A DNA stretch of 64,000 bases from the human T2T-CHM13v2.0 reference genome, Homo sapiens: the NCBI RefSeq assembly GCF_009914755.1, contig NC_060934.1; one strand, written 5' to 3'. The position numbers and the translations under genes are program-made. Of this stretch, positions 13,701 through 25,900 are shown piece after piece. Under the pieces are notes generated by a model. The model was given only the letters and a program-made list of their open reading frames with translations. It was not told where the DNA came from and did no database searches. The first letter of the stretch is position 1. Each line of letters begins with the position of its first letter.

Positions 13701-15479
13701 CTAGATGAGAGGTCTCCAGGCAGCGGTGAAGCATGGCTCATGGGATGAAATACTAATGTACACCAGCCACATACAGGCCAGAGGCATGAGGCATTGGCCG
13801 GCTCCTCTACTTCCCTTACTTGATGCATCTTGGTGAGTTTATATTTTTCGAAAAAGAGTAAATGGCCTCTTATTTGCAGAAGCATTGAAGACTGCTTGCT
13901 CTAGAATTCTGACACTAGAACTAGTACAATGCCACTCCCTTCTCCATTGTGTTACATTATGTGCTCCGCAGATGAGGTGCGGCAGCCCCATTTTTTGAAC
14001 TTCTGTTTTCTGTTAGCCGAGACCTGTGGCAATACCTTCCTCTTTTCAATCTAGCTGGTTGTCAACAGCAGTAACCACAAGTCTTTCCTGTCCCAGAAAT
14101 AAGTCTTGCCACACTCTCAACCCCCGACAGGGTGTGAACATGACATGCTGTACTGCAAGGGGCTCCACTGCCTCCACCCCGCTACAGCCACAGACCCACA
14201 GGGTTCAAGTGTTGATTGAATTCTCAAAGAGCGACTTAAAAAGGATAGGTGCATAAGAACAAGATAAACAATCTGGCTCTAATATAAACAAGGATTACAT
14301 TACACCAAAATTGTTGAGAGAAGATTTTGTACTCAGTATTTTATTCAGCAGAACATTTTTTATAACAATAAGGTTGATTAGAGCAAGCTCTGAAAATGCT
14401 TCAAGTTAGACAGTCTGATTGTTTATTTCAAGGATAAAAAAATAAAGTGGTAAAATAGGGGGATACGAAGAAGTAGAAATTGAAACCAGGACCTAGCGAA
14501 GAGTATTTGACATCATTTTCCTCTCTAGGTTGAATCTCATTCAGGATTTTTCCTTACCCCGTAGGGTTTTGGCTTTTTAACCATGAGTATCTTGTTTTTA
14601 GGGGCTTAGGGCCATCCTAGACCCACAGCAGATTTAAAGTGCTCTGATGGTGTATTTGTCTGGTGTTTCATTTTAACCAAGTAAGTAGCTCTCTGTAAGA
14701 TCTTTGTCTACCTTCTTGGTAGTACCAGGAAGCTACAGGGAGATCACATCTGGCCCTTGCAGTTTAGTATTAGTTAGCATGTCCCCTTTCTGACCTCTCT
14801 GCTTTTTGGGGTGGGTCTGCTCATGGAGGAGGCTCTGTAGGGGCAGCTTCTGCCTGCTTTGTTTCGGCGCCTTCTATTTTCACAGGCTGAGAAGCTGGAG
14901 CAAGCGCGCAGTGCTGCAAATGAGCTGCCGAGAGGCATTCAGCCTTGTCACTTGGCAGAGTAGCTGGGTTCAGGGTATATTTGGAGCGGGGGTAGGGGGC
15001 ACAAAAAGGGTACATGGTTTTGCTTTACTGTTTATTCCTGCTCAAAGGAGGGTGGGGGCAAGTGAAAAAGACATGTCTTCATCATCGTATTACTTGATGG
15101 TGACTAGAAGTGCGGGCTGTACACAGCATTCTCTTCCAAATGGGGATTTTGGAAACAGCGTTGAGGAGGACTGATATGCAAAAGCTTATGGTTGTGCTCT
15201 CTGTCAGCCCCAAATATTTACTGAAGCTGGGAGAAGAAAAGGCAGACTTTCTTTTTTTCTCTCCCAAACGTGTGATTGTTTAGAACTCAAGTGCAACATC
15301 TGGAAGTCAGATATACAGAGAACAATTTATGGAGTGTGAGAGATTTGAAATATTCAGTGTCTTTTAGTGGGAACTCAACTTTCTGGGGCTGCTTTTTTTT
15401 TTTTTTTTAACCCAGCACAAAGCAGGCAATTCTGAGATCTCCTTTGCCTCTCTGAATTAAACCCTTTGTGCCTGGGTCC

Positions 15480-15900
15480 CATAAACAATGTGCTTTTTAA
15501 AGGGGAGCCCCCTCCCAGCTCCGGCCTTTTTCTCCAGCGTGGGCAGCCAATCAGCTGCGCAGAGCTGCATAGCTGGACCGCTTTCCATTCTGAGTAGCAA
15601 CAACGTACTAATTTGATGCACACATGGATGCCTCGCGCACTCTGCAAATTCATCACCCGCATCTTGCATTAGTCATCTGACGGACTGCCAAGTGTTTCAT
15701 TTTCTTTCCATGTGACTTTATTATTACCACCTCTCTCCTCTCTTCCAAAAACCTCCCAAAAAGGGCGGTGGGGCGGGGGGCGGGGCAGGGAGAGGGAGAG
15801 AAATCCAGCAGACATCTAGCTCTGCCTTTCTTTCCCAGCCACAGCCAGGGTAGGGCTGATAAGGCGCTGATGCGTTGATGGCAGCCTTGCAGAGCTAGAC
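15480..15900 (+). promoter_or_regulatory. Proximal/internal CELF2 promoter region
   Basis: NF-Y-type AGCCAATCAG (15545-54) overlapping E-box CAGCTG; clustered GC boxes GGGCGG (15763-85); TGATAA (15857-62); TAAACAATG (FOX/SOX-like, 15482-90). Lies immediately 5' of the CpG island. Confidence 0.7.
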
Positions 15901-15939
15901 CTGCACTTAACTTGCAGCTGCCTCCCGAGCCTCCAAGAT

Positions 15940-16750
15940 GTCCACGCCCTGGGTGACAGGCGGCAGGGCGCTGCCCCGTGCTCCCCCGGCTCTGCTCGAC
16001 AGCAGCACGCAGTGAGAGCCTCGCCGCCGCCGAGGAGCAACTCATGGTGCCTCCGCTTTGTTTTAGTTCATCAAATTTCTACGACTCATTAGGCACTTTG
16101 CCACTGCTCTTCTTCCTCCTCCTTCCGCCTCCCCGCTCCCCCACCCCCACTATTTTTTCTTCCTGTCCCTCATCGTGCCGCCCTAACTCTGGCTCCCGGT
16201 TCCGTTTTTGACAGTAACGGCACAGCCAACAAGATGAACGGAGCTTTGGATCACTCAGACCAACCAGACCCAGATGCCATTAAGATGTTTGTCGGACAGA
16301 TCCCCCGGTCATGGTCGGAAAAGGAGCTGAAAGAACTTTTTGAGCCTTACGGAGCCGTCTACCAGATCAACGTCCTCCGGGACCGGAGTCAGAACCCTCC
16401 GCAGAGTAAAGGTACAGAGCGCGGGGCGGGGGTCGCCAGGCGTCCAGGTGGGCGTCGCGGGGCACTGGGGCTGTCCGAGCCCCCAGCCTGCAGGAGGAAG
16501 GGCGGGTAGGCAGGAGGGCTGGAAGCAGCCGGTGCTGGCGGCCCCTGTGCTCCAGGGGCTGCTCCCGACTCCTCCCCGCACCCCCGCCCGCCTGCCCGCC
16601 GGGACAGGTTGGAGGCGGGAGAGAGGGACCGAGGCAGGGCGGGAGCGCAGAGGCTCGGTCCAGGCGCGTGATCGCTCCCGGGAGGTCACTTTCTAGGCAG
16701 CCCAGCCTGTGCTTGGGCGGGGTGGTTGCTTCTCCGAGGAATCGCGTTTC
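15940..16750. promoter_or_regulatory. CpG island spanning the CELF2 exon
   Basis: Abrupt rise in GC and CpG density (e.g. tcgccgccgccgagg, gcgtcgcgggg, gcgggagcgc) against CpG-depleted flanks. Confidence 0.85.
16215..16411 (+). CDS. CELF2: CELF2 coding exon (N-terminus and first part of RRM1). Entered in phase 2 from upstream first exons; in-exon ATG at 16234 starts the short isoform.
   Basis: Translation (S)[65 protein letters not shown](G) matches CELF2; CELF1 has [30 protein letters not shown]2 motif MFVGQI is present. Acceptor tttttgacAG at 16213-14, branch point CCCTAAC at 16181-87, donor AAG|GTACAG at 16412. Confidence 0.97.
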
Positions 16751-18484
16751 CCAGCCTTGTATTTCAGGACCTAACTCTTCCCACCCCTACGTTCCTAGGC
16801 TTGCCCATGTAATTACAATTGCATTTCACTTTTCCATAGCCTGTGGGGACCTCTAGGTAGCTTATAAACAGTTGACGTGATGCCACTGGTGCGAGGGAGA
16901 AAAGGCTCCCCTGAAGAAGGGACACCCATTCCTGGGGGTCAGGTGGGGACCGTGAGGTGAATCTGCCTTTTGGAGCTGGGAGCAGCACCCTAGTGGCCTG
17001 ACATAGTTAGGACACCTTCACAAATGCTTGAGGGTTACGCCCTTATCAGTGTGGAGATGAAGGTATAGGATCTGGTAGTTGTTACTGCCTCCATTTTAAG
17101 ATGACGGTGATGGGGGGCAGTGGGTGCCATTAATGAGATAGAGACCCAGAAACCATTGTGAGGAGTGTGATGCTTCTATGCCCTGGAGTCTTACTTTGTA
17201 AGCTCTTTGCAGACTGAATTTAAAATATCTACTCTGCTGCTACCACTTGGTCTCTGTTGCTGTTTTAACGTTTTTGCTTTAGTAATTTTTTCTTCTTTCT
17301 CTGTTGTTGATCTCTCAGTCTCTCTACTGAGGAGTCCTCTCTGTTGTTCTGCGGGCCTCACAGTTTCTTTTGCTCTGTGCCTTGGTGTTTCTGTCTGGCA
17401 TGTTATTTTATTTCTATATTGCTTCTCCTAAGACCTCTGAAAGCATCACTTGGCTTGTGTATACACTTCGGTTGGGCACACGAACATATTGGCACATACT
17501 TTTCTCTAACCCTTTTCCTTACTGGCAAGGTGAAATGATAGAACTAGGAAATCTTTAAGACTGACATTCTGTGACTCCGAGAAATTTTGGGCTGTTCCTC
17601 TTGTTCCCTGTTGTTGCCAGGGTCTGGCAGGGCTTTGGAAGCCTCTTAAGGAACTGAAGAGCCCCTGGCCAGTACTCGTTTTAGAAAGGTGGACATGCGT
17701 GTCTTCGGAGTGTGTTCATAACACTCTAGTTTTCCAAACGTAGTAGCAAGGTTGTTTCAAAAAGCACATAGAATGTTGTCACCACAAACTTGATTGCCTC
17801 ATTATTTGAGACGTAGAAAGATCAGATAACTGAGAATCTGTAGATTTTTAAACTTCACAAATGAGCGCAATATTAAATACCTTTATTGGACATATTCTGA
17901 TACTGGTTACCTACATGTTTTCCAAATGGAGAAGACTAGAGTTTGTTTTAATACTTCCATGGTATGCTATTGAGGAAAGACAATAGGCTAGAGCTAAAAA
18001 AATTAATAAATTTAAAAATCACCAAATAAGGGCTCTCTCACCAGCCAGACTGTCACCTAGGGAAAACTAGACCAGAGGCAGTAAACTATGCTTTAGAGAA
18101 ATAACCACAATTCATCCTTGACAAGGAAAATGCGACTCCAAATTTTGGTTTATCAGCATTTTTAAAAGTTACCTTTGACATAATGGTCAGAGCTCACTTA
18201 CTGTTATGATGCCTGGTTCCGGGACTTTCAGCCATGGAATACATGTATCTTACCTTGGCCAAAAAGTCCTTTTTCCCAGTCAGGTAAGTACCTATGTGTG
18301 GCCTAGTTATTCTCCCATTGTCTCTCTCTTGCCCAGATGTTCCTATGAGCAGCATTTTTTACCAGCCTATATTTGATACTATACATTTTGTTAACTTCTG
18401 TTCACTGTGCCTGATTACTAATTTGGCGAAAATAGTTTGCAGAAGCCCGTGGGGCTGCAGAAGAAGGGAGGCCTGATGAGGGAA

Positions 18485-18715
18485 GTTTTTTTGAGCACGT
18501 GCTATGTATCTCAGACCCTGTGTCAGGAGCTTTACATGTGTCCTCATTTTGTCCTTACCAAAATCCAGAAGGTAGGTGGTGGTAGTCACATTTTACAGAT
18601 GAGGAAACTGAGGCTTATAAGAAGTTAAGAAACATAGCCCCGTTTGCCCAGCTGTTAAGTGACAGAGTGGAGATTCGGACATGGTCCATCTGTCTTCATG
18701 GACTACACCATTTTG
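18485..18715 (-). mobile_element. MIR SINE, near full length
   Basis: cattttacagatgaggaaactgaggc...gttaagtgacagagtggagattcg. Confidence 0.8.
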
Positions 18716-19702
18716 CGTCTCCATGAGATGAGATGGCAGAGTAGCCCTGGTGTGCTGTGTTTCAGGGCCTGGGTCAGGGGCAGTCTCCTTTACTTAAGTG
18801 TTCCCCAAGTGAAAGGAAGAAATTTCATTCTTGAAGAATGAGTTGATTTCATTTCTGTCTTTGTGTTTAGTTTTTATACTCAGGTGTTTAGATTGTACAT
18901 CATTCCCACCCCATGATATCATGGGGTAGGAGTTAGAGATGAAATCATTCAAATCTTACCTTTGGAAATACAGGTCAATTCCCATTACTGTGAACTCCAA
19001 GTCTCACATCAAATATTCCTTAAAGTATGTGGGCTGTCAGCCAAAGCTTGAAAGAGCTTTTGTTATACAGACATCTCTGTTGTGAAGGTATTTGTTGTGA
19101 TGGGATTTGAGCTGTATAATGACATTGCTCTCAGAGGATTACAGCCCTTAGCCGCTTACCTAGAGAGAGCAACAGCCCCCACTTTATTCATGTTGATACC
19201 TATGCATGCCATTATTATTTTGCCTGTTTACATGTAAAATAAGACCTCACATTTACTTTGATTCAGACTTTGTCGGCAGAGTACAATTATCATGTTTTCA
19301 CAGGGCTGATATCAGAGCCTCAGAAACTAGAATTACTGGAGGTGGTTTGGGTTATGTGAGTGAGGCTTTTGGAGAGGCCTTGATTCATTGCCTTACCCGT
19401 GTTGATGGTCCCAGGCAAAGAGACAGTCAGGCTGTTACCTAATAATCCTGGTGAATTAGATTTTCCCCCTCACTTTCCATTTCATCTTCTGTTTAGTCGT
19501 GAGACACAAAGACTTGGTCATACTTGTGAAATCATCCTTTCAGGGTTCGAGCCTGAGATACCTATATTCTCACTGTAGGGGCATGTATTGACCAAGCAGG
19601 CTGAGTAACTCTGGGGACTCTGGCTCAGTAAACTCTCTCCCACATGAGGACTTTGGAAAAGTGTGTTTTATTCAGGGTTCATCTGTTTGGTCTGTAGATG
19701 GT

Positions 19703-19930
19703 GAGCAATACCACAGAGAGTTAAGAACATGGCTTCTGAAATTGGAGAACCCTAAATTTAATTTCTGGCTCTACTGCTTCTTTGCTACGGGCCTTGGGCA
19801 TGTTACTTAATCACATCTTAAAGTGGAGGCAGTCCTTGTAGTGTTGCTGTGTGATGAGGTGATGTGCTCTCCACAGAGCTAGGATACAGTAGGAGCTGGT
19901 TATGGCAGTCATGATGATCATAGTTGTTGT
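19703..19930 (+). mobile_element. MIR SINE
   Basis: gagttaagaacatggcttctg...ccttgggcatgttacttaa. Confidence 0.6.
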
Positions 19931-22900
19931 TATTATCTCCATCAATGTCTCCAAGAACGTAAACTCTAAAAGGGACAAGAAGGCAGGTCCACAGGTAACT
20001 CTCATACAAAAGAACATGAGCTAAGAGTAAATGAGTAAGAAAGAGATGGGCTTACTGGAACCATGGAAGTTGAGCGAGGAAATGAATAAGTCGCAGCTTA
20101 TGGGAGATGAAAAAGATGGCATCTTTACCAAATCTTGAAAACAGTCTTAGGATTTCAGTAAATAATGATGGTGAACATTACAAATGGATGGACTGGCCTG
20201 CTTCAGGCATGCAGGTGCGGAAGTGCAGGGCAATTTCTGGGAACTGTGAATTCTCCCACAGTTCAGAGGAAATGGGAAATACGTGACATGAAGTAGAGGA
20301 AGGGAAGGCCACAAAGCCTAGAGCTATAGGCTAGAGCAGCTCTTAGCAAGCCTTCCTTCCCAGGCTGAAGGATTTAAAATTCCTTTGTTAGACTCTCGAG
20401 ACTCTAGGAATATTTTAGCAACAAGAGGCTCAGAGGCTGATGCAGTGTGTTGACGTGTGTTGAGGTCAGGATGTCGTCTGTCATGGGAATGGAAGGGGAG
20501 GCTGAGGGACAGACGGACAGTGGAAGGAAGAGGACTTGATAACTAAATTGGGCTCAGTGAAGACCAGGAGGCTTTGGCTTAACTGGGAGGATTGTGAGCA
20601 CAGTCAGCAGTGGTGGGAATGGAGGAGAAGAGCATTAAGTTCAGTTTTGATTGAGTTGAGTCTGCAGTGTCACAGAAGAGTCAAGAAGGATGCAGGCCAA
20701 GAAAAACCATGGGATTTGGTGACTGGGAGGACCCAAGAGTATTTCAGAAGAAGGATAGAGGTTGTGGGGAAAGGAAATGCATGGATGTATACATGGTGCT
20801 GAGTGTAGATGTGCCTTTCTAGTAGTCTGGCATGAAGGGAGAGGAAGCTTAGACATGCAGTTTGTTTGTTCAGCAAATGATAAGTTGTACAGCAAAGGAG
20901 ATTGTCAAAGTGTAAGGTAGAGATGACTCTGCCTCAGGTCTGTGAAAGAGTGGAAAGATACTTCATTTGAGACAGAGGGGCATTCAGGAAGGAGTAACAA
21001 CACAAAGTTTCAGAAATAGGAGACACTTCGTACAAGCGCCTGCCCTCAGACTTCTCAGTAAATAGGAAATTTCTGAAGTCCCAATGAATTGAAGACTTAA
21101 AAGGAATGGAAAAGGTTTGAAATGACTGCTTTGGGAAATTGAATGGAAAGAGTGGTAAAACTGTTGAAGAGCAGGGAGAGGCCGGTCACACTTAGATCAT
21201 GTCCATCTGGAGTGGGCCCTGATGGTTGTGGACTGTTTATCCCTGAGTGAGGAAAGATACAGAGTCATAGAGAACCCAGAGTTGGAGATGTTCAAGAAGG
21301 CATCGTAGAAGGCCAGGAAGGGTAGCAGATATGCTAGGAAGTTCTCTCGGAGGTCTGAAGTAAGGAAGCCGGCAATGCTGAAAGACAGCTCCTGGTCCAG
21401 GAGGTGGAGGAGGAGGAGTTGAAGGGTTGGCAGTTGATGTTCAATGGGAGAAGTTGGCAGATATGGAAAGTGTGTTCAAGCGAGACCATACTTGGAACCT
21501 AGAATCAGTAGATAAATTATGTGCTTTGGATCATCGCTCTCGTAATGTGTTAGTTAATCAAAGTTACAATCCCAAATCATAGCACTCTGAGAAAGCGTGT
21601 TCTATAATGAACACTTTACATTTTTCTAAACTTAAATGGTTAGGTACTGTCATTCTGATTTTATGGAAGTGAAAACCGAGTGATAGATTAAAATCACTTG
21701 GCATTTGAGATTAGAAGGTAGGAACAGCACCTCAGTCCTAACCAAATGTCTTGTTGATCACATTTTACTGGTCTCTTTTGGCAACTTCTCAGCTCAAAGA
21801 GAAATAGAAAAGGGAAGTGGCTTTTGTTGACTATCACTACGTACCAAAGGAAAAAACTTCCTTTTTTCTTGCAGTATGTTGGGAGGTCATGGCATAACTG
21901 CTGTGCAACTGCATCGCAACAGTACTGCAAGCCAGAGCTTTCTGGATGGATCAGAAATTGTATTCATGGCTTCTTTGGGAAGAGTTATTACCTTAAGTTT
22001 CACAAGAGCAGCTTTTGTGTGGGTTAGATGCTCTTGCTGTTTCAGCCTCGTCTTGGTCAGGCTGCAGTGAGGGTTACACTGGGGCTGGCCCGACTGATCT
22101 TCGAATAGGATGATGAGTTGTTTCTTTCCATCTTAAAGGCTTTACTTCAGCCTTCAGGAAGTCGTTAGTAAAATCTTAGTTTGTCTCAATCTCTCTCTAG
22201 TTCAGTACAATGGAAAAGTTTCTTGAGAATCAGACCAGACTGCTGGGGAATGAACAGGAAGAAGGAAACAGGAACAGAAGCATAAAGACACCAAAGACTA
22301 ACTTTACTTATTTCAGAATTGGCCCGAAGGTAGCCCTAAATCCAGAAGTTTCTTCTGTGCCATGGTAGAGTGAGGGTAGGCCCTGGGGAAGAGGACTTAG
22401 TACTGGTACTTATCATGACCAGCTCATGCAGAGAATGAGCCTTGCTTTCTTTATCCATGCAGTAGAAATAATACCCACTTCACAAGTTGCTTTACATATT
22501 CACTAAGGTAACAAATGTGTGAGTGCTGCTGGCATGGTCTAAAGCGGGTTGATCATCTTACAAACCATTTGTTTCTTCTTTAAAATGTTAAAGGTTTGTA
22601 AGGAATGCCTTTGGCCGCTTTATGGAGGACTGGAGTGGGGAGGGTCATTTTCATGTTTCATGCCTTTCCTTTCTTCCTAAAAACATGTCCGAAAGTTCAC
22701 TTAAGTAATAGAAGTGGACCTGGGAGCCCGTTTATTTAAGCAATGTTATCTTGAAATCAGGAATTGAGAAAGAATTCAAACTGCAGGAAGATGAACCTAC
22801 ACTACATTTTAACGCATGCAAGTAGGGAATGGGATTTCTGTCCTACATTTCTTGAAAAGCAGGGTTGCTGCCCTAGATTTTCTGGGACAGCCCCAGTTTT

Positions 22901-25900
22901 GGTGCTGCCTCAGTGGCCCACAGGAAGGGCATCTCATCCTGAATTAATGTTATGTTAACAGAAGGCTCTGTGTTACTTACTGTGACATCCTTTCATTGTT
23001 GGCTGACCGACGACCTATGGGACAAACATAAAATGCAGTCAGAATTTTTAGATTCATGCAAGCGGAGGATCCTTGTCACATCTTTGTGAAAGGTGGCTTC
23101 ACTGCCTACATCATACAGCTATATTAAAAGATATAACAATTCATTTTATGAAATGCAATTTTAAAATATTTTTACTGATACTGACTCTAGCCATTGTGCT
23201 GATTGAGATAAAGCCAGGGACAAAGGTTAAATAAGCCTCCTTTAAGTTACAGGAAGAAGGAATCCCTTTAAATGCCCCATACTCTGGTGATGCCGAGACT
23301 GTGCCCGTCGGTCACAGTGCTGAATTTCTGTGACTTCTATCAAAGGGCAGCGTCTGCCCTGGCAGATAATACCTATCATGGGTACGTTTTGATCCTTATA
23401 TCTCTGGAGAGAAAAGGAGGAAGAAGGGGAAGGAGGGAGACAAAAAAGACCGACAGAGCGAGCTAATATCAAAGAAGAAAAGAAATTACTCCTGGCCGCT
23501 TTTAACCATTTTGTTTTCTTCTCTTCTGTCTGGGGCATTAAGACTTCAGCTAGTCCCCAGTCGTCTTTTCCCCAGTAGCTTTGCTTTTCTGGAATTAAAG
23601 TAGCAGAAGAATAAAGAAAACAGGCGCTGGATGAAAGGAGAACAGACTTCTTTGGTAGAAATGTGACATGAAAAGAAAACCCAGGGTTTCTAGGCTTCTG
23701 TTTCAATCCCTCCAGCACGTATTGCAGGTAGATTGAAAAAGTGAAGTCTAGGTGATCTCACAATTTGCATTTGCCACTGAGTGCATGTCTAGGCTGCCTG
23801 TCTAGGCTGCCTGTCTAGAAGCCTCACTTGCCTTTTTATTTGCAGCCAGCAAGAAAGAGATAGCTCCCCACTAGAGATGTCTTACCATCAGTCACCCAGT
23901 TGTACCACTCTGGGCTACCATACCGTGGGGGCATTAGGCAACCAGTCCTTTGGAGGGGACAAGTCCAGTTTCCTGGCCAGAAGGAGAGGTGTTGTCAACA
24001 GGGTGACGCTGTTAGTTACTCTGAAACTCACACACATTGCCTCAGAGCTGCCTTAGCGTGACCTACCTGCCTTTCCTTGCTTTCGCTCCAGAGACCCCAG
24101 ATAATCAGGCATTCGGGTTGAAAGGTTTACTTGCTGCCTCCTTCACACTCTGCTTCTAATGAAAGTTTAAAATTAACCATAGTTAAGTTGTATTTTAGAA
24201 GTGTTCAGAATTCTAGCATTAATTAAAAAATCATGACATACCTTTTGAAGAAGTTTATTATCTTGAATAATTCCAACCATGGTGAAACGTGAAACACCAC
24301 TAGCATAATTAGTACTGCTTTTTGTATCTTATGTTAGTAGATTCTTAAAAGACTGAATTTTCATCCTTGGACATACAGCCCCAGATTCTAACCTCATCAT
24401 AATTTCACTGATTCTGAGGCCATCCATTCTCCTGCTTCATTATCTAATATTGGGTGGGCCAAACCTTTTACGAGAACAGCTCACAGGCATGCCAGAGCGT
24501 ACAGCCATGAATAAGTACAGAATAATCATTATGATCTTCGAAACCATTGGAACCTAAGAAGGGCTGGAAAGATAATTGACCAAAAGGGAAAAAGTGGAAA
24601 CTAGGCTAAAATAAGATGATTTAGCGACAGATTGACATAGGTTTATATATTCTGAAAATAGAAATGATGACGATAATGTGTTGGGTTCTGAGACAGTCGG
24701 GAGAATTGAAGATGTTCCGACCCATACTGAGAAATTCCGTGGGGAATCAGTCAGACATGAGGTTATCTGAGTGATGTATATTAGGTATAATACTAAGGAA
24801 ATTTGTAGTGAACTAGAGCTCTTACCTATGTTAAAGAATCAAGGTCTTCAAATATGTCTTCAAATGTTTCTACATTTGCCTTGATGAGTCTTTGTTACAG
24901 AGAAAGGAATGCAGGAAAAAAAGGCATGTGTGAGCTGGTGGATTATGCTGTACAGGAATTTGTCAAAGCCTGAATCACATAGACAAACACACACACACAA
25001 ATGGCAAGCAGAGAAGAAAGTTTTGCTGTAAATGGAAAAAGGGGCTAGTTAGCTACACTGGGGAATGCTGTAATGGTAAAGCCAATGGGTCAGACAGTGG
25101 AGATGGCCTTGGAAACACTGCAGGAATTGGTATTTTGGATCAGTATTCTTTTCATTCTCTATGTAAGTGACAGACATGTTTCTAATCCAGTATCCACATT
25201 CAGGTATTAATTCACATTGGAGAAACCCATAAGATACACTCTGGACAGTGATCAGTTTGAAGAATAAAGGAATATAATTTCTCTATTTCTACTGGAAGAT
25301 CATAAATAGGAATTAGGGAGAAGAATTAAAGGGCTGAGAGAATATTTACTCACCACACTATTTAACTGACCCACCATCTGATCATTATAAAATATGTTGG
25401 GCTTTATTGCTTATGTAGGACAAATTCTGCAGCTTTACCCGCATGTGGGTCAAAACCTGTCTCTTTATAGTAGTCTTCCAGCTTTGTCTGCATTTACTAA
25501 GTTCATGAATTGCTGCTATTTTGTTGCCTTTTTAGCTTTTGGGGAAAAAATCCTTCCCAAACTACTATAGTTTAATGGGAACTGCATCCTAGTCAAGTAA
25601 AGAAATAACGCAAACATCAGGGAGGGGGAGGAGCAGAGGAAACAAGGCCTTACTCAGAATTGCTATCAATTTTAATACCTCCCTACTAAACATTCTGTGT
25701 AGGGGATGCCTTAGTAATCTGAATTTTTTAGAAAGGGGTGTTTTTTAGAGAGGGATATTTATGAAAGCTAGTATTAACATGTTTAAAGTCTGCCCCCCCG
25801 CCCCAAATGCTAAACGTTCCCAGTGATGCACCAGACACCAAGTGTTACGGAACAGGTAATCCACCACTTTTCACAGAAAGCTTTTTAGCTCCTAACTAGG

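Larger units (their letters stand above)
1..16214 (+). other. CELF2: CELF2 intron upstream of the RRM1 exon (for transcripts from distal promoters)
   Basis: Ends in a branch point, polypyrimidine tract and AG. Known CELF2 isoforms have different N-termini joined to NGTANK. No upstream coding exon recognised in the window. Confidence 0.85.

Noticed and set aside
16412-16509. C-terminal part of the 91-aa ORF as real CELF2 sequence
   Set aside because: The CELF2 match ends at QSKG, exactly at a GT donor; the rest is intron read-through.
15375-16856. Overlapping GC-rich ORFs on both strands
   Set aside because: Stop-codon scarcity in a CpG island; no recognisable domains.
23781-23818. 13-bp tandem duplication tgtctaggctgcc resembling a p53 element
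   Set aside because: Only one imperfect RRRCWWGYYY half-site. It is an ordinary slippage duplication, like those near 24843, 38769 and 46253.
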